A DNA stretch of 27,359 nt, from the NCBI GenBank assembly GCA_014728035.1, contig WJMJ01000102.1, positions 1 through 27,359 of the forward strand, read 5' to 3'. This DNA is from Promethearchaeota archaeon (lineage in GTDB: Archaea; Asgardarchaeota; Thorarchaeia; Thorarchaeales; Thorarchaeaceae). Of the stretch, positions 17,932 through 27,221 are shown in pieces. Made by a program: the position numbers and the translations under genes. Numbering within the stretch: position 1 is the stretch's first letter; each line of letters opens with the position of its first letter. The notes below the pieces were generated by a model. The model saw only the letters and a program-made list of their open reading frames with translations, had not been told where the DNA came from and did no database searches.

Positions 17932-20274
17932 TTACTCTGGGGTGGATTTCAGGTAAATATCCACTTTTGCGCCACCGAGTGTAGACTTTGAAATTTCAAT
18001 CCAACCGCCGTACTCTTCAGCAATTTTTCTCACAAGGTATAAGCCAATTCCAGACATATCATCGATATTATCCTCAATTGATCCCGTTGTGACAGATTCT
18101 ACAATTCTTTTATCAATACCTAATCCGTCATCTTCAACAGAAACGATGATGTATTCATCCCGCTTTCCAACTTGGATGTGAATACGTGTTCCATTGGAAT
18201 GAATTACTGCATTAGAGATGACATTGGTGAATAATGGCTTGAGCAAACCACCCCCTAATGCACTTATGTTGTCGGGCATCTCGAATTGAAAAGTAATTCC
18301 TGTCTGTTCTGCTTGGAGCTCATACTCACTAATGATTTCTTTGAAGATGGGATTAAGTAAAACAAGATCAACTTCTTCAGAATCAACTTGATAGAGAAGC
18401 TGAACCCGTTCAATCAATCTCTTCTGTTCATTGATGCCATGTTTTGCTTTTTGAAGTAACTCTGTTTGAGTTTCACTAAGGTCTGTACCATCAAACAAAT
18501 CGAGATAAGTCTGTACAACGAACACCTTATTTTTCATATCATGCTTGAGAAGAGAATAGAGAAATTCTCGACGTTTTTCTGTTTCTATTTGATTAGTCAC
18601 ATCCCGAATCAGTCCAATATAACCTTCAACCTCACCATCATTATTCTCAAAATAGAATACATTAGTTTCTCCAGGAAAAATTTCGCCTGATTTTGTTCTG
18701 TAATTCACGGTGTAGAAGAAATTCGAATCAGAACTATGACTTGAAAGCTGCTCACCTAGAGTTCTGTACTGCTCTTTGCTTTCATAGAGATAATGAGTTT
18801 TCTTTCCTCTGATTTCTTCTAGGCTATACCCGAATAGTTCGGTTAATGCAGAATTACAATTGATAATATTTCTATCAACGTCAGCAACCAAGATTGCATC
18901 TCGAATACTATGAAATAATGCTTGATAGCGATCCTGAGACTCACGATATGCTTCCTCAGCCTGACGATGTTGAATCATTTCGGAGAAATGACTTACTAGG
19001 GTTTCAATAGCAGATTTGTGTCTTATCTCTCCACCTTCAAGTAAGTAAATCGTGACACTCCCATATGGTTCACCTTCTAAAGCAAAACCTACTGTGTAAA
19101 CCTTCTCAATTCCGATTTGCTCCATTATACTGTCACTTCGTTCTTTTGGTATGGATAAAGGAACTAACTCGGATAACCCATTTGTAACATATTCTAACTT
19201 TCCACTCAACGTGTATTTTTTGAGATGCTGCAATTCGTCTTGTCTAGCAGCAATTGACTCAGAAGAGCCAAAGAAATATTCTGCTAATCCTTCAACATCA
19301 TCAAGACCAACTATGGTGCGAAAACGTACTCGATCTATCTTTCTATCATAAAGTGTCACAGTGACAAAACTCTTTGGAATCGCATCACATATCGCTTGAG
19401 CGATGACTTCACAAATTTCATCAATGTCCTGAAGTCTACTTGCTTGAACTATTGTATCGTTTATCATTTGGAGTTCTGAAATGTATTGTTTTCGAGCCAT
19501 TTCTGTTTTCAGGCGTTCCGTGATATCTTGAGCAACGCCTAATATCATTGGTTCATTATTTAGGGTAATTGCAGCAATATTGATTTCTACATCATAACTT
19601 GAACCATCCTTTCGTAGATGGGTTGACGCAATCTTCATGCGTCCTCCAGTCTTTAGCTGTATCCAAACTTTTTCCCGATCTTCACGAGATATACTTTCGG
19701 GGTCAATATCACCTACGGACATTTCCATAAGCTCTTTTCTACTATATCCAGTATTTTTGCAGGACTGTTCGTTTACCATTACTATTTCGCCATCAAGATT
19801 ATGGATAAATACACCATGAGGAAGATTCTCGATAGCAATACGGAAACGCTCCTCACTTTCTCGAAGATCTTTCATAGCTTGTTCTTTTTCTTGTTCAGCT
19901 CTATGATGTCGTATCTCCTGAATGATTACATCTGCAAGCAGCTTGTACTGATTTTTCACATCACCACTTTTCTGCAGGTATCGATTTGCCCCTCCATTCA
20001 AAGCTTTCATTGCAACCTCTTCTCTTCCTCTACCAGTCAACATTATGAAAGGGATATCAGATTGTTCGCGTACTATCTTTAAGAAGACTAATCCATTAAC
20101 ATCTGGCATCTGATAGTCTGAGAGAATAAGGTCATACGAATTATTTTTGAGATGCATCATGGCTTCTTCAACTGATGCTGCACTATCAATCGTAAAACGA
20201 CTATCCTGCTTTTCAAGAAATCTTCTAGTGATTTCTAACATATCAGGTTCATCGTCTACATGAAGTATCCTCAT
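17932..20274 (-). CDS. Hybrid sensor histidine kinase (REC-PAS-GAF-like-PAS-HisKA-HATPase)
   Basis: REC (ILHVDDEP, DLILSDYQMPDVNG), two PAS domains (TGYSRKEL..RKDGS; FGYSLEEI..TKSGE), H-box KHDMKN, N-box NVISNAVIH, and G-boxes DDGLG and GIGL. Confidence 0.9.
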   Translation of the reverse strand: MRILHVDDEPDMLEITRRFLEKQDSRFTIDSAASVEEAMMHLKNNSYDLILSDYQMPDVNGLVFLKIVREQSDIPFIMLTGRGREEVAMKALNGGANRYLQKSGDVKNQYKLLADVIIQEIRHHRAEQEKEQAMKDLRESEERFRIAIENLPHGVFIHNLDGEIVMVNEQSCKNTGYSRKELMEMSVGDIDPESISREDREKVWIQLKTGGRMKIASTHLRKDGSSYDVEINIAAITLNNEPMILGVAQDITERLKTEMARKQYISELQMINDTIVQASRLQDIDEICEVIAQAICDAIPKSFVTVTLYDRKIDRVRFRTIVGLDDVEGLAEYFFGSSESIAARQDELQHLKKYTLSGKLEYVTNGLSELVPLSIPKERSDSIMEQIGIEKVYTVGFALEGEPYGSVTIYLLEGGEIRHKSAIETLVSHFSEMIQHRQAEEAYRESQDRYQALFHSIRDAILVADVDRNIINCNSALTELFGYSLEEIRGKKTHYLYESKEQYRTLGEQLSSHSSDSNFFYTVNYRTKSGEIFPGETNVFYFENNDGEVEGYIGLIRDVTNQIETEKRREFLYSLLKHDMKNKVFVVQTYLDLFDGTDLSETQTELLQKAKHGINEQKRLIERVQLLYQVDSEEVDLVLLNPIFKEIISEYELQAEQTGITFQFEMPDNISALGGGLLKPLFTNVISNAVIHSNGTRIHIQVGKRDEYIIVSVEDDGLGIDKRIVESVTTGSIEDNIDDMSGIGLYLVRKIAEEYGGWIEISKSTLGGAKVDIYLKSTPE

Positions 20275-20743
20275 TCAGTATCTCCTCAAATACTTGGAGG
20301 GCGGATGGCAAAAAGCTTTACTTGCTCGCTTCTTCCAGTTCAAACCCATACATTTTGAAATATACTATAACTATTCTGTATTAGCTACATATATTCATTC
20401 CTTGGAGATAGATTACAATTATTCAAGAAAAATGAAATACGCAATTTTGTTTTTTATGAAGCCAAGTAATGGGTATTCAGAAGGGAATGATAGCACTTTT
20501 GGGATTTGAGTTGCTTGTGATACAATAATGAGCTTCCTTAAAGGTAATCTGATTATCATAATAAGCAAATTGCAAAAAAAGTCACCAACTTGTACTAATG
20601 AGATAATTATTTTATGTAACCTTTTAAAAAATGTAACAAATACGATACCTGTTTAATAAAGAACTATGGTCCTAGAAAATGATGTGCCAATAGTTCAGAA
20701 ATGCTGATATTTTCTTAATAGTGCAAAACTCTAGGTAATCGCG

Positions 20744-21023
20744 ATGAAATGCTGTTGAATGTGGTTCAAGTGCTGTAAGATATAATAAATGCTGGAATTG
20801 TGGCTGGACTCTACCCGACATTTCCATTCCATATGAGTACAAACGTTGTGGACATAAAGCTCATCATGCGCAAGATTTTCAAAATGATCTGTGTCCTAGA
20901 TGTAGGACAGATGCCGGAATCTGTCTACGTTGCGGAAGGAAAAGTGGAAGCCTTGATATTCTTGGTCTATGTCAAGAATGTGTAATCGAAAAACGAAAAT
21001 CACAATATGATTCGAGATTTTGA
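20744..21023 (+). pseudogene. Frameshifted multi-zinc-ribbon small protein (~92 aa if one base is removed)
   Basis: ATG AAA TGC (T) GTT GAA TGT GGT: skipping one base gives MKCVECGSSAVRYNKCWNCG...CPRCR...CLRCG...LCQEC...RF*. AGGT upstream. Not in the ORF track. Confidence 0.7.
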
Positions 21024-21030
21024 GTTTCTG

Positions 21031-21048
21031 TGAGCCCAGTTGGGCTCA
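21031..21048. terminator. GC-rich hairpin after the zinc-ribbon gene
   Basis: TGAGCCCA-GT-TGGGCTCA, 7 nt after the TGA at 21021-21023 and between convergent genes. Confidence 0.55.
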
Positions 21049-21179
21049 TAATAATTCTTGATATCAGTATATTATTCATGAGTGTATATTTGACTCTAAT
21101 AATCATGGATTGAAAAGAATATACTCAGAAAGTCAATTGGATGTATCTGGAAAGTGTATTGAATGCATATTACTGGTGT

Positions 21180-22751
21180 TCAAGATTTTATTTCTGAATA
21201 TTTAGACTCAACTTTTTTCCGGTGAACTGTGTTATATGTACAAAATGGTATAATCGTACCTTCGGGTGTAGCGTAATTTATAGTACAGTGCTGAACCCGT
21301 TCAAGATCTATATTCCAAGCATCTTGAAAATGCATCATACCTAGCATCACGACCCGATGCATAAAGGAAGCGAGAGAATCATAATCGCCCCGATTTAGAA
21401 ATGCAGAGATGATATCTTTCATGAATGAACGCTTCTTAATATGTCGCATAAAACCTGCAAGTTTTAATTTCGCTCTGAGCCCTCGGAATCGTTTCTTATC
21501 CGCATAGAGTTCGCAGATGTCTTCCAATACCTCCATCAATTTCTCAATATCGAGTACCTGAGTTATTGGATAATACGTTCCGTCAGGATCTATGAATAGA
21601 AATGTCGCCATTCCACAGGCAAAATGTGAATGTAATTCAACAGTTGGGACTCCCTTCATAAGACCGAGAGCTCGGCCAACCCCCATCATGGAAGCGACTG
21701 GATACCAATCATCCGCTTTTACCTTCCCACCCGTCTGCTTCTCTATTGCATGAATTGCATCAGGAATGGTGATGCGCATTCTTCTTCGTTCTTCGTAATC
21801 GATTCTACCTGTGATACTGACTGGTTGAAAGTTGATACATCGTACAATATCACGATTATCAATTGCGTACTGGATAATGCCACCCAGTTCCTGGTCATTT
21901 GTACCTTTTACGATTGTAGGAACCAATACTACTCCATCGAGTTTGATCACCCGACAGTTATCAAGCACTTTATCTTTGACTTCTCGCAGGTCTTGACCTC
22001 GAGCTTCAAGATACGGTTTTTCTGATACTCCATCGAATTGAAGATAAATTGTATTCATTCCTGCATCCATTAAGGACTTGAGATAGTCTGCACCCCTGGA
22101 CATTCTAATACCATTTGATGCAACCATGATATGATTGAAGCCTAGTTGCTTGGCCCATTTGATATATTGAGGTAAATTGTCACTGACAGTCGGCTCACCA
22201 CCTGCAAATTGAACTGCAGGACTTGGAACAGGAAGATTTCGTCTCAATGTCTTGAGCATATCAAGAACCTGTTCTGGTGTGGGTTCGTATACCCGACCAG
22301 ATTCAGCTGCATTAGCAAAGCAAATTGGACATCGCATGTTGCACCGATTGGTCACATCAATGAGTCCCAATGCAGTATGTGCTAGATGACGGTCGCAGAA
22401 TCCACAATCATTTGGACATCCTTCTGAGGATTTATTTCTAGGATTATCAACTCCAACGGATGTGTACCAATGTCGCATAACCCGTTTGAACATATCTGCA
22501 TCAGACCAATATACATCAGTGAAATGGCCATGTTTCTCACAGGTCTTTGACATCAATACTTCTCCATTCTCTTCGAATACTGTTGCAGGAATTACTGTGG
22601 TTTCGTTATTCTCCAAAAGACACTCGGGACATAGTGAACGTGTTTCGTAGGGTAAATCCCTTACCGGATACTTGGTCATTCGGTATCGTTCAAGGTCATC
22701 AGGATCGTGACGTTCCTCTTTAAGAGGTATTCTATCCAATTCCTCCTTCAT
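21180..22751 (-). CDS. tes: Tetraether lipid synthase (Tes / GDGT-MAS, MJ0619-like radical SAM)
   Basis: N-terminal rubredoxin-like SLCPEC...KTCEKHG, auxiliary GCPNDCGFC..H, radical SAM CNMRCPIC, QFAGGEPT, IYLQFDG, FQPVSITGR, HFACG and C-terminal C..YATPEG.IIPFCTYN. Confidence 0.8.
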   Translation of the reverse strand: MKEELDRIPLKEERHDPDDLERYRMTKYPVRDLPYETRSLCPECLLENNETTVIPATVFEENGEVLMSKTCEKHGHFTDVYWSDADMFKRVMRHWYTSVGVDNPRNKSSEGCPNDCGFCDRHLAHTALGLIDVTNRCNMRCPICFANAAESGRVYEPTPEQVLDMLKTLRRNLPVPSPAVQFAGGEPTVSDNLPQYIKWAKQLGFNHIMVASNGIRMSRGADYLKSLMDAGMNTIYLQFDGVSEKPYLEARGQDLREVKDKVLDNCRVIKLDGVVLVPTIVKGTNDQELGGIIQYAIDNRDIVRCINFQPVSITGRIDYEERRRMRITIPDAIHAIEKQTGGKVKADDWYPVASMMGVGRALGLMKGVPTVELHSHFACGMATFLFIDPDGTYYPITQVLDIEKLMEVLEDICELYADKKRFRGLRAKLKLAGFMRHIKKRSFMKDIISAFLNRGDYDSLASFMHRVVMLGMMHFQDAWNIDLERVQHCTINYATPEGTIIPFCTYNTVHRKKVESKYSEIKS

Positions 22752-23050
22752 TGATGTTCAATCCAGGCTTGATTCAGGGAGTAGCAGGATTCAATTGTAA
22801 TTCAAGGTTGTCTGATGCGTCAACACATACTCTCAGGTCTTCTAGAATGTAATTTGCCACTTATTACTCTGTTTCTTTGCGCCCATTCAGGAGATATTTT
22901 CAAGTTTGGTTACAATTATGGTAAAGTAGGTGAATCCGTCCCTACATTTGATAGTATATCGTAGAAAGACAAAACGAAAACATAGGTTCCAACATCGAGA
23001 ATATACAACTGGAGGATGAAAATTCGACCAGTGTTGAATCTAAACAATCA

Positions 23051-23659
23051 TCATTTTTTCCTAACGGGATGTCTGATTACGGTCTTTATTTTAGATGGTT
23101 CAGTCCTAGCAGGGTCACTAAGATATATCTCATGATATTTTCCGTGTAAAAGGTATCCAAACTTTTTTGCATGGGCGTGTATCTTCTCTATTGATGCTTG
23201 TGTAGTATTGGGCGGACCAATATGAAGAATCTGAACAGATTTTCCCTCATGAAATGATTCTAACCGAACCTTCTCTATCGCAATTGGATTCTTCATCTCG
23301 GTGACAGTAACCACAGCTTTGTTGAATATGTCTTCAGTCACTCGATCAGGTTGCATAATCATACTCGTCCAAGAGAATTGATCTTTCTTCTCTATAGAAA
23401 ACTCTGAATCCTCAACCCATAACAGACATTCTAGAGGCATGACTTCAAAATCATAATCCTGTTCTCTCAGCATAGCCCGAATCGTATATGCGACCTCTTG
23501 AAGCGCTTCAACACCTTCTTGATATCCCTGAGAGGTATACGGGTCACCCATTCCATCAATCATCACGAATTTCATTTGAGGAACAATAACAACTACAGGG
23601 ATTGCAGGAGAAGGTTGATACAAGACTTTTAGTGCATTCTTGAAATCAATTTTTGGCAT
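23051..23659 (-). CDS. GyrI-like small-molecule-binding domain protein
   Basis: FVMIDGMGDP, VMPLE.L.W, WTSMIMQP, VQILHIGP and YHEIYLSDP..T...IKTVIRHP. Confidence 0.9.
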   Translation of the reverse strand: MPKIDFKNALKVLYQPSPAIPVVVIVPQMKFVMIDGMGDPYTSQGYQEGVEALQEVAYTIRAMLREQDYDFEVMPLECLLWVEDSEFSIEKKDQFSWTSMIMQPDRVTEDIFNKAVVTVTEMKNPIAIEKVRLESFHEGKSVQILHIGPPNTTQASIEKIHAHAKKFGYLLHGKYHEIYLSDPARTEPSKIKTVIRHPVRKK

Positions 23660-23804
23660 TACTGGTCCTCCGTAACAGATAAGTTCTCAAATCCAAAAAA
23701 TGCATTGTTCCTCATAATGATACCTATTACCAAGCTCATTCATTGAATCAATCGAAGCTGCAGTAGTAGGTATATTGATTTGCATTCTTGATTAAAATCG
23801 TTCT

Positions 23805-24698
23805 ATGACATTTTCAATTGTAGCAGTTGATGTTAAGAGTAAAGAGATTGGATTTGCCATCGCATCATGTACCTGGGATGCAGGAATGGTCGGTACTGCA
23901 AAAGCGGAGAGAGGTGCACTATGTTCACAAGCTCAGGGTTACTTTCCATTTCACTCAGTTCTATACGAAAAACTAGAGGAAGGCTTGAATCTGGAACAGA
24001 TATTTGAAGAGTTCAAAAAGATTGACGAAGATATTGAAAATCGTCAGGTGGGTATGGTTTCATTCTCAGGAGAAGTTTTTGCATTTACTGGAAGTAGAAA
24101 TGATGACTACGCAGGTCACATAATCGGAGATTCCTATGCTTGCCAAGGGAATATCTTAACTGGCCCTGAGGTTCTTGAACATATGTCTAAAGCATTCGAG
24201 TCAACCAATGGGATGTTAGCTGAAAGACTTTATGCTGCTCTTCAAGCTGGTGATGACGTCGGTGGAGACATTCGTGGAAAAATGAGTGCACGAGTACTGG
24301 TGAAGAAAAAGAAAGGGTCGGATTTAGAGGATACATTCATTGACTTGCGAGTTGAAGACCACAAAGAGCCAGTGAAAGAGATTGGACGTTTGCTCGAGGT
24401 TAGAAGAAAGATACTGAAAGCGTATCTATCAATGCAGAAAGTGATTGAATCGGAAGGAGAGGACAAAATTGATGCTTTGAAAGAAATGGAGAAATTCCTT
24501 TCTGACAAAGTGGATAGAACGGTTATAGATTATCACTCATTTCTTGCAGATACATTCCTAAAGCTTGGAATGGAAGAAAAAGCAATCAAAGCATATCAGA
24601 ATGTTCTCACAATTGGACCGAAAATGATCAGAGTAATTCGAAAACAGACGAGTTCTGGAGAGATACCAAATTCAGTTTTTGAAAGAATTGTCGATTAA
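23805..24698 (+). CDS. DUF1028 (Ntn-hydrolase-like) protein with C-terminal TPR-like helices
   Basis: MTFSIVAVD, RQVGMV, AFTG, CQGNILTG, GGDIRG and DLRVEDHKEPVKE. TPR-like LADTFLKLGMEEKAIKAYQNVL. Confidence 0.9.
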   Translation: MTFSIVAVDVKSKEIGFAIASCTWDAGMVGTAKAERGALCSQAQGYFPFHSVLYEKLEEGLNLEQIFEEFKKIDEDIENRQVGMVSFSGEVFAFTGSRNDDYAGHIIGDSYACQGNILTGPEVLEHMSKAFESTNGMLAERLYAALQAGDDVGGDIRGKMSARVLVKKKKGSDLEDTFIDLRVEDHKEPVKEIGRLLEVRRKILKAYLSMQKVIESEGEDKIDALKEMEKFLSDKVDRTVIDYHSFLADTFLKLGMEEKAIKAYQNVLTIGPKMIRVIRKQTSSGEIPNSVFERIVD

Positions 24699-24703
24699 TT
24701 AAC

Positions 24704-25930
24704 TCAGAGTTTGACGATAAAGGATTGAAGTAGATTGGATTCTCCAGTCTTCAAAACATCTCCGATTACTGATACCGCCCGTTGGTCAAGCTTAAGACGT
24801 TCTGCAATCTGAGGGAGAATATCGAGAGTAATTTCGCCCTCAATATTATTCTCTATGAGCCAAATAGCAGAATCATATGGTTTTGCTCGATACCAAGGTT
24901 GCTGATTGATATATTTAATGTGGAAAGAAATTCTAAGAAGGGTTTCAATAATGACCTGATTGATTTGGGGTACTCCATGTATAGGCCATAGAGGAATCCT
25001 ATAATCGATTCCTAACTTGTTACATAGATGGTACCCTTCCTTTATCACGTTAACAGGTAATAGTTTGTATGCTGGAGCACCGTAAGGATCTTCATTTTGG
25101 TATATGCGTTCAATTAAGGGACGCTTTTCCGAAAACCGTTTTCTTAGGACGGACATGAAATAGTCTTTCTGCCGGCCTGGCTTCAATGTGAGACCCCCCC
25201 ATAAAATATACTCTCCTTTAGCTTTTTTCGTGGCTTCTGCCAACTTTCGCATATTTTCCTGAGTATCGCTTATACCAGGAATCAAAGGCATAGCAGCAAT
25301 GCCACCATGAAGTCCCGCTTCACGAATCTCTTTGAGTGCATTAAATCTCTCATTTGTTGTTGACGATTTAGGCTCAAAGACTTTCTTCACTCCGTCATCC
25401 ATTAGTGTGACAGTGAAGGCTACATTAACCAAAGACCGTTCATGAATCTCCTTCAGCAAGTCTAGGTCTCGAAGTACCAAATTCGATTTTGTAAGAAGAA
25501 AGATAGGTATCTCGAAATCCAACATAACCTCTAGAATTTTCCTTGTGACTTTGTATTTCTTCTCAGCTTGTTGGTATGCATCTGACACACCACCCGACAC
25601 CCCGATAATGAATTTTGGAGGACTGTCATTTTGTAATCTCTTTATATCATCAGAATCTAGAAAAGGAATCAGGCTCTCGGTTTCCATTTTTGACCGTGAA
25701 GAAAAGCCCATCGATTCAAGCTCTTTTCTAACAATCTCCGGAGCATTCTCTTTGACTCGGATATGAGTGAGGAAATTATCAACATGGTAAGATTCAGACA
25801 TACCATCACAATATACACATCCAAATTCGCAGCCGCGATATGCGTTCATTGAGTGACGTGAGTTAAACCAGTGATCAACTCCTTTCTGTTTGGATAGTAT
25901 GGATTTTGCTATAATGCACTCATACCTCAT
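24704..25930 (-). CDS. SplB-like (Rv2578c-family) radical SAM protein
   Basis: MNAYRGCEFGCVYC, SDAYQQAE, LLTKSNLVLRDLDLL, FEPKSSTTNERF and MPLIPGISD. Confidence 0.85.
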   Translation of the reverse strand: MRYECIIAKSILSKQKGVDHWFNSRHSMNAYRGCEFGCVYCDGMSESYHVDNFLTHIRVKENAPEIVRKELESMGFSSRSKMETESLIPFLDSDDIKRLQNDSPPKFIIGVSGGVSDAYQQAEKKYKVTRKILEVMLDFEIPIFLLTKSNLVLRDLDLLKEIHERSLVNVAFTVTLMDDGVKKVFEPKSSTTNERFNALKEIREAGLHGGIAAMPLIPGISDTQENMRKLAEATKKAKGEYILWGGLTLKPGRQKDYFMSVLRKRFSEKRPLIERIYQNEDPYGAPAYKLLPVNVIKEGYHLCNKLGIDYRIPLWPIHGVPQINQVIIETLLRISFHIKYINQQPWYRAKPYDSAIWLIENNIEGEITLDILPQIAERLKLDQRAVSVIGDVLKTGESNLLQSFIVKL

Positions 25931-26045
25931 TGTTATCCAAGTTATGATTATGTTCTATCAAATTAAGTAGTTGCCTTTGATTATTGGATAGAGAAACACA
26001 ATTATCAATACAGGATAATTAACAAAATTGAGTTTGAGGATAAAA

Positions 26046-27062
26046 ATGGATGAGAGAAGATGCAGAGCTAGAGAGATTCGCAGAGAGTACTTCAAGGATA
26101 AATCTGAAATCAGCATCGCACACGGACTGAATCAGGAATTAGTTGAGGATATTTTAGCAGTGAATCCAGATATTCAAATCTTACAATTCGAGTTACTAAC
26201 AGACACAAAATTTGAAACCGAGCTTCTATCTCATTTCAAGTCGCTCATACAGATTGGAGTCTGGGGAGGTACCAGCCTGAAAGAGGTTGACCTGAAAGGA
26301 CTATCTGATGTGAAGTCATTGGTCAAGTTCGTTCTTAGTATACAACCTACAAACGGAATTGATAAAGTGGATATTTCACCCCTCGGCAATCTTGATAATT
26401 TGGAGATTGTAAATATTCTCTGTCCTCTTCGAAAGCTAATAGGTCTAGAAAAATTAGGCAATTGTCCAAATCTTTATGCTTTACAACTTGCTTCTTTGGA
26501 TGTGGATAACCTCGATCTTTCTAGACTGAGTGGCTCTGGAATTAAAAGTCTACACATAAACGACTTGGGTAAGCAATACCCAACTCAACCGTACATCATA
26601 AAAATGCCAAGGAATATTCCACTCTCTGAATTTGTGGTCTCCCAATGTTATAGTCCAGAGTTAAAGGTAGAGATTGACTTTTCCTGGATTGAAGATGTTG
26701 AAGCTATAGATAATCTAACGCTTAGCCAATGTAATCTATCATCATTTGATCTCAATGTTCTATCCCCTTTACGGAGAATTGGTTCTATTGATCTTACAGA
26801 AAATGAGTTTACTCATCTTGATATCACACCCATTCTTGACAAACCAATGTTCACCGAAAAGACATTTACAGAGTCAGTATTCAAAGTAGATGAAAATGTC
26901 ATGATTCAGATTGATAAAACGAAACAAGATGAAATCGATTCGCTTATCGCAAAAGAAGACACTATGATTGAAGAACATCAAGGATACCTAACGGTACTTC
27001 CAGAGTTTGGACACCATTGGCTAGAGGATTTAATAGAGAAACATGATGTCGAATGGATCTGA
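26046..27062 (+). CDS. Leucine-rich repeat protein
   Basis: Repeated LxxLxL/DLSPL units (VDLKGLSDVKSL, VDISPLGNLDNL, LDLSRL, FDLNVLSPL, LDITPI). ATG 26046 follows GAGGA; the ORF track starts at TTG 26028. Confidence 0.8.
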   Translation: MDERRCRAREIRREYFKDKSEISIAHGLNQELVEDILAVNPDIQILQFELLTDTKFETELLSHFKSLIQIGVWGGTSLKEVDLKGLSDVKSLVKFVLSIQPTNGIDKVDISPLGNLDNLEIVNILCPLRKLIGLEKLGNCPNLYALQLASLDVDNLDLSRLSGSGIKSLHINDLGKQYPTQPYIIKMPRNIPLSEFVVSQCYSPELKVEIDFSWIEDVEAIDNLTLSQCNLSSFDLNVLSPLRRIGSIDLTENEFTHLDITPILDKPMFTEKTFTESVFKVDENVMIQIDKTKQDEIDSLIAKEDTMIEEHQGYLTVLPEFGHHWLEDLIEKHDVEWI

Positions 27063-27163
27063 TCAACGAGTTGAATCAGTATCCCCCACACTTGTTCAAA
27101 TTTGTTATTGGATGGATTTTAGAATACAATTGCTATTCACGCGAAAAAGAGGAGTGATGGAAA

Positions 27164-27183
27164 AAGGAGTCAGAAGACTCCTT
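27164..27183. terminator. Perfect 8-bp hairpin between LRR gene and repeat copy 2
   Basis: AAGGAGTC-AGAA-GACTCCTT preceded by an A-run (T-run on the minus strand). Confidence 0.55.
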
Positions 27184-27221
27184 ATCCAATCAAGTAGCGA
27201 CTTCACAGTCTTCAGATTGCG

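Noticed and set aside
20744-20785. Selenocysteine readthrough of TGA in MKCC*MWFKCCKI
   Set aside because: Gives only a 13-residue peptide. The +1 frame explains the region far better, and no SECIS was identified.
20800-20985. 61-aa ORF in the track
   Set aside because: Shadow frame of the zinc-ribbon gene.
228-26461. Numerous short alternate-frame or antisense ORFs (e.g. 228-656, 2184-2573, 4630-5031, 9650-9982, 12764-13219, 13952-14260) and AT-rich intergenic ORFs (8979-9188, 11329-11524, 15405-15590, 20294-20509)
   Set aside because: They overlap well-supported genes or have low-complexity F/I/L/Y-biased composition with no motifs.
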